The translations under genes and the position numbers were made by a program. A stretch of 64,000 nucleotides of DNA from the human T2T-CHM13v2.0 reference genome, Homo sapiens: the NCBI RefSeq assembly GCF_009914755.1, contig NC_060927.1; one strand, given 5' to 3'. The notes below the pieces were generated by a model that ran no database searches, had not been told where the DNA came from, and saw only the letters and a program-made list of their open reading frames with translations. Positions 39,110 through 50,280 of the stretch are shown piece after piece (within the stretch, counting starts at the first letter, position 1; each line of letters opens with the position of its first letter).

Positions 39110-39320
39110 CCAGAGATTTTTCCTGTAAAGGGTAGTACATACTTCAGGCTTTGTAGGCCATATAGTCTTTGTTATAACTATTAGTTTTACTGTTGCAGGA
39201 CAAAAGCAGCCATAAACAATATGTAAACAAATGAGTATGACTGTGTTTCCATGAAACTTTATTTACACAACTAGGTGACAGACTAGATATGACCCATAGG
39301 CTTTAGTTTTCCAATCTCTG
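39110..39320 (-). mobile_element. MER58A-like MITE
   Basis: ctgtaaaggg...ggctttgtaggccatatagtc...aaagcagccataaacaatatgtaaacaaatg...aaactttatttaca. Confidence 0.8.
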
Positions 39321-40239
39321 TTCTATAACATAGCTGAGATTAGAAGACACTGGAATAATATTTCTGAAAGTGTTGCTTTTAAGATTCTTAGCACTCACTG
39401 CTAAAGGGGAACCACCTTTGGTTACTGCCTGATTGAAACCTAACACTTTGCTTTCTTTTTTGCTTGGAACTGAAAATCCCATAGGAGAAAATCCAATAGG
39501 AGTTTCCAAGGAGACAGCCTGTGGGTTGGAGGGGTTGTGGTGGGGGTGAGATAGCACACAGCTAGAGTTGAGATGTGGGGAAAACTTGAATTGTTTGTTT
39601 GCCTTTCAGGTTCTTTTTGAGGGGAGTCTCTCTGATGCTTGGAATGAATCCTGCTGAATCAATGCTGATGCTTGGAGATCTTCAAGTCTTTTCCCTTTTT
39701 CCCATTGCTCATGATGTCTATATAACCTCCAAACATGCATCCCACTCCTCTGCCGAAAGACCATTTTTTTATATCTTCAGTGATGGTCTAGGCCAGGTTA
39801 ATTGACTTTTCTTTTTTCTTAAGCCAACTAAAGTCCTCACCACAAATTAATGTTATGTTTTGACTGACTCATTGGGCCTGAACAATAATGTTATTTCTCG
39901 CAGTGCACTAAAAAGGGAGTAGAAAGGGAAAGGTGGATGTATTTCTTAATTTTCTGTAATCTAAGTACTGAAATCTCACTTTTACAACAAAGGCAGCTTT
40001 GATATAATTTTTGGAAACAAGCTTTCTGCTGAGCTGGTTGTGAAATCTCATTGGTTGGAGAGAATTCAAGTGCATGTCAGTGAGCACAGGTGCTGGAAGT
40101 TGTAGGTAAGGAGTCAGGAGTGCAGTCTACAGGTGCAGAAAAAAGATTTTCATGGAGACCCCCAGCTCTAAATGTAGTTGCTCAAAAGGTGGACTTTGCC
40201 ATTCACTTATGTGAAGCCCTTTGAAAATCTGACATTTCT

Positions 40240-40900
40240 GTGGGCCTGTTAGTGGCGAGCCAGAGGGGCTTGCCAGCTTAGAGGTTAATTGTGCTAATTA
40301 ACAGAAAGGACAGAGGCTTCAGAAAGTGCCTCTGTGGACTGGAAAATTTTCCCAATATTTCATTAGGGTGACTTTGAAAAGGTTGCAGGCAAATGGCACC
40401 TTTCACTTTAAAAATCTAAACCATGGCTTTTTAACCATTTTTAAAGTTTGAGTTTGAAAAGTCCACTTTTAGTGTTATTTAGAAACTCGTCCTATGGGAA
40501 GTCTGGAGGAAAGGAAAGACTACATTTTTAAGTGCATCATTCTCGCCTTTCATTCCTTTATGCTTAGCTTTTTATTTCTTGGCACTTATTTTAAAAGCCT
40601 TATTCTCTCCTCCTCCCAGTGCAAACCCACGCCATATCCCTGAATCTGTTGTGGAAGAACAGACTGGAAGACATCTGCCTCTTGCCTTATTTTTTTTAAT
40701 TCCTCTAAATGATAGAGCCAAGTCTCCACACCAGAGCTCCCTCTCCCTGAACAAACCAAATGGTGGCTGTTGGCAGTGCATTGACAGCTTGTTAATGGAG
40801 GAATCCTTGACAGTGTGACAACCTGCCTGGGCTGCCGCGGGAAGCCAAATCCGCCCCCACACAAACCCGAGTAATTAACAGGTGGGGAAAAATAGCAAGT
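40240..40900. promoter_or_regulatory. Candidate distal regulatory element (repeat-free, motif-rich)
   Basis: No recognisable repeat; TAATTA homeobox sites, TGACAG x2, TTGGCA/GCCAA, CCGCCC and retained CpGs at 40835-40870. Inference only. Confidence 0.35.
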
Positions 40901-41410
40901 AACTGCTGCTGAGGAGAGGAAAAATAGTCAACCTAGTGAATTATGTATATTAAAGTATAATATCTCTTTTGCAATCCCTTTCCTAGTTCTTACTAGCAAG
41001 CTCTACTGGAAAGTGGTTTGACTTTGGAGTCAGGTGAGCCTGGATTTGAATCAAAGTTTGGCCACCTACTGGCTGTGTGTGACTTTGGGAAAATTCCCTT
41101 CACTGAACCTCCATTTGTGATCAGTACTGTGGTCAGATACTATTTGTGAAGGCACAATTATAGATGCCACTTATCGGTGTTCAATTGTCAAAACCTCTTT
41201 TTATGATGATGGATTTGCCAAATTGTTCTTGTAGTTCTGTCAAGTTTTGTTTTTTTTTAATATCGTGAGGTAATTTTTTGGTTCATTAAGTTTGAAATTG
41301 TTATTTCTACTTGGCGAATTGGGCCTTTTATCATTAGACAGTGACTTCCTTTTTCTCTAGTCATACTTTTCGTCTTGAAATTATTTTTTGTGATGTTATT
41401 TTATGTGCTG

Positions 41411-41463
41411 ATATATATACACACACACACACACACATGCACACACAAACACATATATATATA
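41411..41463. repeat. (TA)n(CA)n(TA)n compound microsatellite
   Basis: Direct reading. Confidence 0.9.
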
Positions 41464-41837
41464 TTCCATTTATTTGATAGTATTTCTGTGCTTTTAGGTT
41501 TCATGAGGTTAGGGGTATAGGATGAAGGGTATAGAGAAGGGGAGGGCTCTGGTTACCTATTGCTTGGTTAAGGCGTCCACACTTGTTGGGCTGACTGTCT
41601 AGACATCCTCTCTCCCAGCTCCCTCAAACCCAAAATATATTTGCATGAATTCCAATAAAGAAATCTTCTCAGAGAAGCATGTGCTGGTACCACCCACACC
41701 AGCTGGAACATTTTTCTCTCAGCTCTGACCTACACTAGAAAATACGTGGAAGGAATTTTTCAAAACTTAGATCTGTAGCTCTTGATATAATACCAGGGGC
41801 TAAAATGAATTTAGGAGACATTCAAGGCTGTTTAAAA

Positions 41838-41995
41838 TAGTTATTTTCAAGCTTTCTTCAGTCTTAGATCTCTTTGTGAATGTGATGAAAGCTCTGGACT
41901 CTTGCCTCAGGAAAAATGCAAAAACACAAGATTTTCAAACTTTAGCTGATCCTATTTTTATGTCCTAAAGTTCCGGAGGCTCCAGGTAAAAGGGC
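41838..41995. mobile_element. MER117-like hAT MITE
   Basis: ctttgtgaatgtgatgaaagctctggactcttgcctcaggaaaaatgc. Confidence 0.5.
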
Positions 41996-42299
41996 CGCTA
42001 TTTAAATACTCATGTTGCAAACATTAAGGGATAAAAGGCAGGATGGAAAATTTAAACACATGCAAATATATTGGTCAGAATGGTGGACTGTGCAGTCCTG
42101 GCAGAAAATTTGCTGCCTATTCTTTTCTAGGGTGGGCTCAGATTTATCAGTGAGGCCATGCCCTGAGCAGAATTGCCCTGTGGCAAAGGAAACCTGAGCT
42201 GAGGACTAAATGAGAAAGTCCAGAACCGGTGAATGCACATGACCCCAGCTGAAAGTCTCTAGGAAACATCCCCCCAAGGAGGGCTTCATAACCCAGGGC

Positions 42300-42960
42300 T
42301 CACTGAAGAAAATTCCAATTGAAGATAAGCTGAGGAGAAAATATCACAAAACACTGAAAAACACCACTATGAGAGGTAAGTCTAGCAGATGCAACAAATA
42401 GAGCGTTCATGCCCAAGAAAGTAGAAGTAATAAAATCAGCTGAAAAAGTACTTTAATATAAGTATGTTGAAAATATTGAAAGTTTAAAAAAGGATAGAAT
42501 CCATAAAAATGGAGATAATGGAAGAGGACGGAAAAACTTGGGGAAAAATAGCTAGTTTCAGAAACAAAAAATATTGGTATGGGTATGGAGGAAACTTTAA
42601 GGACACTTTAATCAGCAGACTACACAGGATTAAGAAGTGAATAAGTAAAACAGAAAGATTATCAGAGGAAGTCATCCAGAATACAGCAGAGATAGAAAAA
42701 GAGTTGAGGGCTAAGAAAGAGAAGTTGAAGAATGGAAGAATTTGAAATTTCACCCTAGACACACAGTAATGAAATTACAACATTCATGTATCATGGGAAA
42801 GTTCTAAAAGTTATCAGGCAGAAGAGACAGATTATTTTAAAAAGTCAGTATCAGACAAAAGGCAGACTGTTGTTATCAGTAATAGATACCAGGAAATAAA
42901 CAGGAAATAAATAAAAATATCTGCAGGGCACTGAGGCAAAATTGTGTGAATACATATCTT
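42300..42960 (+). mobile_element. HAL1/L1M ORF1 relic
   Basis: A-rich coiled-coil-coding-like decay: cagcagactacac...gaggaagtcatccagaatacagca. Confidence 0.55.
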
Positions 42961-43245
42961 ACTAATGCAAATGATGCAAAAACCAAAACAAACCAAAACA
43001 AAAACTGAACACCTGCTGGAAATGTGTTCACGTTGAATTCATTCTGGTTGGTTAAATTTAAAAAGACGATTATTTTTATCTCAATATTTCTGTATTGTTC
43101 ACATTCCGTGTAATAAACATGATTTACTTATGTAATAAAATGAATATTAAAAAAACAAATAATCTGAGTTGAAATTATAGGAACTTTGTTCATGTCTGTT
43201 CAAATTAAGCTCATTCTTTAAGGCTTAGCTCTAATAACATTAAAC

Positions 43246-46200
43246 ATTTTTATTAATATATAATGTTTGTACCTTTTCATGGTATAGATGTAGTATTTTG
43301 CTACATGCATAGAATATGTGATGATCAAGTCAGGGTATTTATAGTAATCATCTTGACTATTTATCATTCCTATGTGTTGGGAACATTTCAAGTCCCCTCT
43401 TCTAGCAGTTTTGAAATATATAATATATTTTAAAAATTATAGTCACCCCACTCTGCTATCAAATATTGGAACTTATTTCTTCTATTTAACTGTACGTTTG
43501 TACCCATTAACCAATCTTTCTTCATGCTCCCACTCCCAAATCTCCACACAGACACCCTCCCCAATATTGGGTAACTATCATTCTACATCTCCCTCCATGA
43601 TAGCAAGTTTTCTATTTCCCACATATGAGTGAGAACATGCAATATTTGTCTTTTTGTGCCTAGCTTATTTCACTTAACATAATGACCTCCAGTTTCATCC
43701 ATGTTGCTGCAAATGACAGGATTTCGTCTTTTTTTTATGGCCAAAGAGTATTCTACTGTGTATGTGTACCACCTTGTCTTTATTCTTTCATCCAAAGGTG
43801 GACACTTGGATTGATTCCATAATTTTGCTATTGTGAACAGTGCTGAAATAAACTTGAAGGTGCAAGTATCCCTTTAATATGCTGATTTCCTTTCCTTTGG
43901 ATAAATACCTGGTAGAAGGATTACTGGATTTTCTGGTATTTCTGTTATTAGTTTATCTGAGAAATGTCTACACTGTTTTCCAGAATGGCTATAGAAATTT
44001 ACATTCACACCAACAGTGTATAAGAGTTACATTTTCTACAGTATGGAGATTCCTTAAAGAGCTAAATGTAGATCTACTATTCAATCCAGCAATCTCACTA
44101 CTGGGTATCTACCCAGATAAAAAGAAGTCATTATATGAAAAAGATACTTGCACATGTATATTTATAGCAGCACAATTCACAATTGCAAAGATGTGAAACC
44201 AACATAAGTGCCTATCAACTAATGAGTGGATAAAGAAAATGTGGTGCATAGACAGCATGGAATATCACTCAGCCATTAAAAGGAATGAAATCATGTCTTT
44301 TGCAGTAACTTGGATGGAGCTGGAGGCCATTATTCTAAGTGAAGCAACACAGGAGTGGAAACTCAAAAACCATGTGTTCTCACTTATAAGTGGGAGCTAA
44401 GCTATGAGTAAGCAAAGGCATACAGAGTGATATAATAAACTTTAGAGACTCCAAATGGGGAATGTGGGAGGCAGGCTAGGGATTGAAAAAAAAAAACCTA
44501 CACATTAGGTTCAATGTACACTACTGAGGTGATGGGTGCACTAAAATCTCAGAATTCAACACTATACAATTTTTTCGTGTAACAAAAACCCACTTGTATC
44601 CCAAAAGCTATTGAAATAAAAATTTAATAAGGAGTTATGTTTTATCAATATGCTCACCAGCATCTGTTATTTTTTCGTCTTTTTAATAATAGCCATTGTG
44701 ACCAGGGTAAGATGATATCTCATTGTGGTTTTCACTTACATTTCCTGGATGTTTAGTGATATTGAGCATTGTTTCATAGACCTTTTGGCAATTTTTATGT
44801 CCGCTTTTGAGAAATGTGTATTTATGTCCTTTGCCTACTTTTTGTGGGATTATTGTTTTTTTTTGCTATTGAGTTGTTTGAGTATTTTGTATATTCCAGA
44901 TATTAACCCCTTCTTGAATGAATAGTTTGCAAATATTTTCTTCTTTCAAAAGATTGTCTATTCACTCTGTTGATTGTTTCCTTTGCTGTGCAGAAGCTTT
45001 TTAGTTTAATATAGACCCATTTATCAATTTTCGTTTTTGTGGTCTGTGCTTTTGAGGTCTTAGTCATAAAATACGTGCCTAAACCAATGTCCTATAATGT
45101 TTACCGTAGGTTTTCTTCTAGCAGTTTTATAGTTTTGGGTCTTACATTTAGGTCTTTAATCCATTTTGAGTTGAATTTCTTATAGGATGAGAGATAGAAG
45201 TCTAGTCTCATTATTCTGCATATGAATGTCCAGTTTTCCCAGCACCATTTATTGAAGAGGGTGTCCCTTTCCCAATGTATGTTCTTGAGAACTTTGTTGA
45301 AAATCAGTTGGCTGTGAATACGTGGATTTATTTCTGGGTTTTCTATTCCATTTCATTGATCCATATGTCTATTTTTATACCAAGATCATGCTGTTTTGGT
45401 TAATACCCTTGTGATACTTGTTAATATTCAAAATGTTACTTTCAGAAACATTTTGAAATCAGGAAGTGTGATGCTTCCACTTTTTCCCTCAAGATTGCTT
45501 TGGTTTTTTGAGCTCCTTTTTGGCTCTATATACATTTTAAGATTTTTTTCTATTTCTGTGAAAATGTCATTAGTATTTTGATAGGGTTGTGTTGGATCTG
45601 TAGATTGCTTTGGGTCATGTGGCCATTTTAACAGTATTAATTCTTCTTATCCATGAGCATGGGATGTCTTTTTGTTTGTTTCCTCTTCAATTTCTGTCAT
45701 TAGTGTTTTTTAAGTTTACTTATAGATGTCTTTCACCTCCATGGTTAAATTTAATCCTAGGTATTTTATTTTTTTTGTAGCTGCTGTAAATGGGATTATC
45801 TTCTTGATTTCTTTTAGCTAGTTCATTATTGGTGTATAGAAACAATACCAACTTCTGTATTTGGATTTTGTATCCTGCAACATTACTGAATTTACTTATC
45901 AATTCTAAAAGTTATTTGCTGGAGTGTTTAGGTTTGTCTAAATATATAATCACGTTGTCTACAAAGAGGGACAATTTGACTTCCTCTTTCTAATTTGTAT
46001 GCCTTTTATTTTTTTCTCTTGCCTGATTGCTTTGGTTGTAACAGGGTTTTTATCATGAAACATTTTTAGATTTTATCAAATGTTTATTCTGCATCTATTG
46101 AGATGATCATGTGGCTTTCAGTCTTAATTCTATTGATGTGATGTATCATGTTTATTGATTTGCATATGTTGAACCATCCTTGCAATCCTGGTATAAATCC

Positions 46201-49200
46201 CATCTGATCATGGCGTATTAACTTTTGGATGTCTTGTTGAATTCAGTTTGCTAGTATTTTGTTGAGAATTTTTACATCTATGTTTATCAGAGATATTGGT
46301 CTATAGTTTTCAATTTTTGGAAATAATTTGAGGAGAATTAGTGCTAATTTTTCTTATAAGTTTGGTAGAATTGGGCAATAAAATAATCAATGCTGGGCTT
46401 TTTGTTTGAAAGTATTTTCATTATTATTCAATCTTCTTACTCATTATTGGTCTGTCCAGATTTTCTATTTCTTTCTGATTCAATTTTGGTAGGCTGTAAA
46501 TCTCTAGGAATTTATCAATTTCCTCTAGGCTTTTCAGTTTGTTAGCATATAGTTGTCAATAATGCTCTCTGATAACTTTTTATATTTTTGTGAAATCAGT
46601 TATGTCTACTTTTTCATTTTTGATTTTATTTTGGCTTTCTCTACTTTTTTCCTGCATAGTCTACCTATTGGCTTACTGATTTTGTTTATCTTTTCAAAAA
46701 ACCAACTTTTTGTTTCATTGATCCTTTGTATGTTTTTAGCCCCTATGTTTCATTCTGCTCTGATCCTTATTATTTCTTTTCTTCTACTAATTTTTGTGGT
46801 TTGTTCTTGCCTTTCTAGTTCCTTGAGGTGCATCGTTAAGTTCTTTATTTGAAATATTTTTACTTTTTTGATATAGGCATTTATTTCTGCAAACTTTATT
46901 TTTAGGACTGTTTTAGCTGTATCCCATAGGTTTTTAGTATGCTGTTTTTCCATTTTCATTTGTTTTAAGAATTTTTTTGATTTTTTTCTTAATTTCTTCA
47001 TTAACCCACTGGTCTTTCAGGAGCATGTTATTTGTACAGTTTCCAAAATTAATTTTGTTGTTGATTTATAGTTTTATTCCACTGTGGTCTGAGAAAATAT
47101 TTGATATAATGTCAAATTTTTAAAAATTGGTTTATTTCAAAAGACCTGTCTTCAAGTTCTAAGAGTCCTTCTTCGCTTGTTCTAGTCTATTATTGAAGTC
47201 CCTGATAATTTTTTTACTTCATTCATTGAATCCTTCAGTTCCAGGATTTCTGTTTGGTTCTTTTTTATATATCTCTCTCTGCTGAATTTCTCACTTATAT
47301 CCTAAGTTATTTTTCTGATGTCTTTGTATTGTTTATCTGTGCTCTGTTGCATCTCACTGAGCTTCTTTAATATTATTTTGCATTCTTTTTCTGGCTTCCC
47401 ATAAATTTCTGTTTCATTGGAATCTATTGCTGGGAAATTATTGTGTTCCTTTAGAGGTGTCATATTTTCTTATTTTTTCATGTGTGTGTCTGTGTGTCTG
47501 TGTGTATGTGTGTCTGTGTCCTTACATTGATGCCTGGACATCTGGTATAACAGTGGCTTCTCCCACTTTTTTGGATTGGCTTTTTTTGCGGAAGATTTTT
47601 TTCATGAAGATGTATCTATAGTTTTGGTTGGGTGGAACACTTTAGCTTTGATTTGTGGTGTGTGCAGTAGTTTATTCTCCGTATGATTTATTAGGCTGTA
47701 AACAGTGTCAGTTGTGTCTGTGATTTCCTTTGTGTTGTAGGCTGTGGTTGTTAGTGGAAGCTGTGCTGCCCAGTCTTCAGGCCCCAGTGGTGGAAGCATG
47801 GGCCAGTCTCTCCTGTTTTTGAGACCATGGGTGTCAGTGACTCCAAACAGGTTGATTCTTGGCTTGCTTAGGTCCTGGCAGTGGCAGGGTTGGACTCAGC
47901 AGGTGGGCAGGTCTTTAGTCCCCTGGATGGTGTGCATAGCCTGGATAATGGCAGCAGCAGTGGTGGGACAACTCTTTGAAGCATCACATGTTGGTGTTAA
48001 TGGTAGCTGCAATGGGCTTGACAGGCCAGTTTTCAGGCTCTATTATGGCATATTCTGGTAGGTGCTTGCTTTGGTGGTAGTGACAGGCTATGTGGGTTCA
48101 TCCTCAGGCCCTCAGGAGGAGTGTGTAGATGTTAGCAGTGGTGTACGGGGTGAGGCAATTCCCAGGCTCCTGGATGTTGTGCTTAGTCACTCAGGAGGTA
48201 GTGTCCAGCTGGGTGGGCCTGTCCTCAGGCCCTCTGTTGGTGTGCTCAGGTGCTGGCTGTAGTGGTCAGCATAGAGTGATCCCTAGACCCCCTGGTGGAG
48301 TGCTTGGGTGCCTGCAACAGTTGCAGCAGTTGAGGTGGGGAAAGCCTGTAAAGACAGGGGCATAAGCGAGTGTGCTGCAGCTCTGCTGCCAGTGGGGAGA
48401 TGTGGAGATATCTTGGCTGCAGCCACAGGCAGGCAGTTCTTAGGTTCTGGGGAGTGTAAACTTCAGCCCCTGGGGCCAGTGGCAATGGCAACAGCAGTGG
48501 CAGCAATGGGAAAAGCCAGTCCTCAGGGGGCATTCAAGTGAACAGTGGCCCTTCTTCTTTGGCCCATAGCCACCTCAGCAGTGGGTGCAGTGCAGTGGGC
48601 ATTTGCACAGCCTGTTTTTCGGGCTTGTGTGTGGCAGTCCTGTTGCTGAGGATGAGGGTTGCTGTTTATGCAACGCCCAAGTGGTTCTCAGGCTCTAGGG
48701 AGTGTGCACTTTGGTTCCCTTTGTCCTGGGGGAAGTCTCTCCAAGGAGTAAGACTCAGTTTGTGCTAGAATTCTGGGGACCCTACTACTCCACCGGGTGC
48801 CACCAGCATTGTGCTAATGCAGCCCTCCAGGTGAATGTGAGAGGATGTTAGTGGGGCTCCAGGGATATAGCAATGCAAGAGCTTTTGGGTCCCAGGGAAG
48901 CATGCAGTATAGTGGGTGTTGGACTCTCAAAATGGCACCATGCTGCATCTGCTTAGTGCAGCAAGGGAATAATCTCATGGATTAAATGTTATTGGAGTGC
49001 CACTTGGGAGGATCTTCAATATGAATCACTAGAAGACATCTGGCACTTACCATAGGGGGTGTTTGGGATCCAGCATAAGCTCCCTCTGTAGAGTAAAGCC
49101 ATCACATAGTCCCCAGCAGCTTCCTATGTTAGTCATAGGGCCCATGAGGATCAAGAAGTTCTCCTGTGGCTAGGGTTACAAGAGTTCATGGTAAACATAT

Positions 49201-49452
49201 GGATTGCTGGGGATCTGTCACTTTCTTTTTTCCCATACGGGGGAGGCTCTCTAGGCTCCCAGCCAAGCTTGGCCAATCTGGCTGCCTCACTTCCCTCTGC
49301 TTCTGTGCCTCAGGTATTTCCTCACTTCTCTGTTGAATTCCAGTGTTGTCTCTTAGATGCTGTATTAAAAGTGACATTATCTAATTGCTATTTTATTTCT
49401 TTGTAGAGGAGGTAAGTGCCAGATGTCTTCTAGTCTGCCATATTGAAGCCCC
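43246..49452 (-). mobile_element. Near full-span L1MA-type LINE with internal deletions
   Basis: L1MA4/5-like 3' UTR at left; ORF2 relics (46750-47001 NLWDTAK...INAYIKK; 45720-45902 KFSNVAGYKI; RT motif decayed to LSLFVDNVI near 45950-45980); ORF1 relic ~47130-47600; GC-rich 5' UTR; 5' terminus reading ggggcttcaatatggcagactag on minus. Confidence 0.85.
44037..44630 (+). mobile_element. L1PB-type 3' end nested antisense in the L1MA
   Basis: ORF2 C-terminus TVWRFLKEL...FIAAQFTIAK; 3' UTR gggtgcactaaaatctcagaattc...ctattgaaataaaa; decayed TSD gagttacatttt/gagttatgtttt. Confidence 0.9.
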
Positions 49453-49500
49453 TGTCAAGTGGCAGTCCAATGATATTTTATCTATGATATTATTCCCTTG
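48962..49500. repeat. 90-bp inverted repeat pair (48962-49051 / 49411-49500)
   Basis: Ungapped reverse-complement match, 76/90 identical by manual alignment. Confidence 0.93.
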
Positions 49501-49514
49501 TATTTTCACCTCTT

Positions 49515-49788
49515 AGGGGAGATTTATCCATTAGGCACAGTAAGTACAGTATCAAGGGTCCATGAAAACATTAACATTTTAAATGCTTTTAAAATCAGAA
49601 GGAAAAGATAAATATACTAATAATAAATACCTAGTAATAAATCCACCATGGATTATACATCTTTATATCAATGTTTGTGGTAAAATATAATTTTTAGTTC
49701 TATTTTGCCTAGTTAGTTTGTTTCAATGGAAGAAGGGGCCCATGAAAGCCAAAGTTTCAGGGCCTATGACACTTATAAAGCAATCCTG
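49515..49788. mobile_element. ORSL-like hAT-Tip100 MITE
   Basis: ttatccattaggcacagtaagtacagt...ttttaaaatcagaagg...gaaggggcccatgaaagccaaagt...aatcctg. Confidence 0.65.
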
Positions 49789-49799
49789 AATCTCCATTT

Positions 49800-50280
49800 T
49801 TCTGTTTTAATTTTGGTTTCCCCAAAAGCAGAACCTAAGACAAGGCTCTACAGGCAGCTTTTTTGGGAAGTTATCTAAGAAACAGATGTGAGGGTCTGGG
49901 GTGAGACAGAGAAAGAGGAAAAGCCAATAAAAGCATGTGTTCTCAAGGTCATTGATGTGGGCAACATGATTCAGTTTCACCAGGACCTCCATTTCTAAAG
50001 ATGCATAGAATGCCTTCCAGTATTCCTGGACATCTGAAGGATAGGCAGCTGGGATATTTATCCACTGACTTCTGTTCTCCATTTGTTGAGCATTGCTCCT
50101 AGAGGCTGTAAATTCTCTTCCACAGGGCTTGCATAAATGCTGGGTGTCCCAACACTGGAGCAGGCCCTGAAGAGGAAAATGTAAAGTGCTTGTTAAAGGT
50201 GAGATGCTTGTTAGCGTGAGAGTGAGGTTGCATGGCTGAACAGAGTTGAAGCTGAAATGAGAGATGGGACAACGTCATGT
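49800..50280 (-). mobile_element. LTR16C-like ERVL LTR
   Basis: ggtttccccaaaagcagaacctaagacaagg...gtgagacagagaaagaggaaaagccaataaa. Confidence 0.7.

Noticed and set aside
47744-48768. Chain of adjacent ORFs resembling an operon or multi-exon gene
   Set aside because: GC-rich antisense L1 5' UTR with degenerate tandem units yields stop-poor frames
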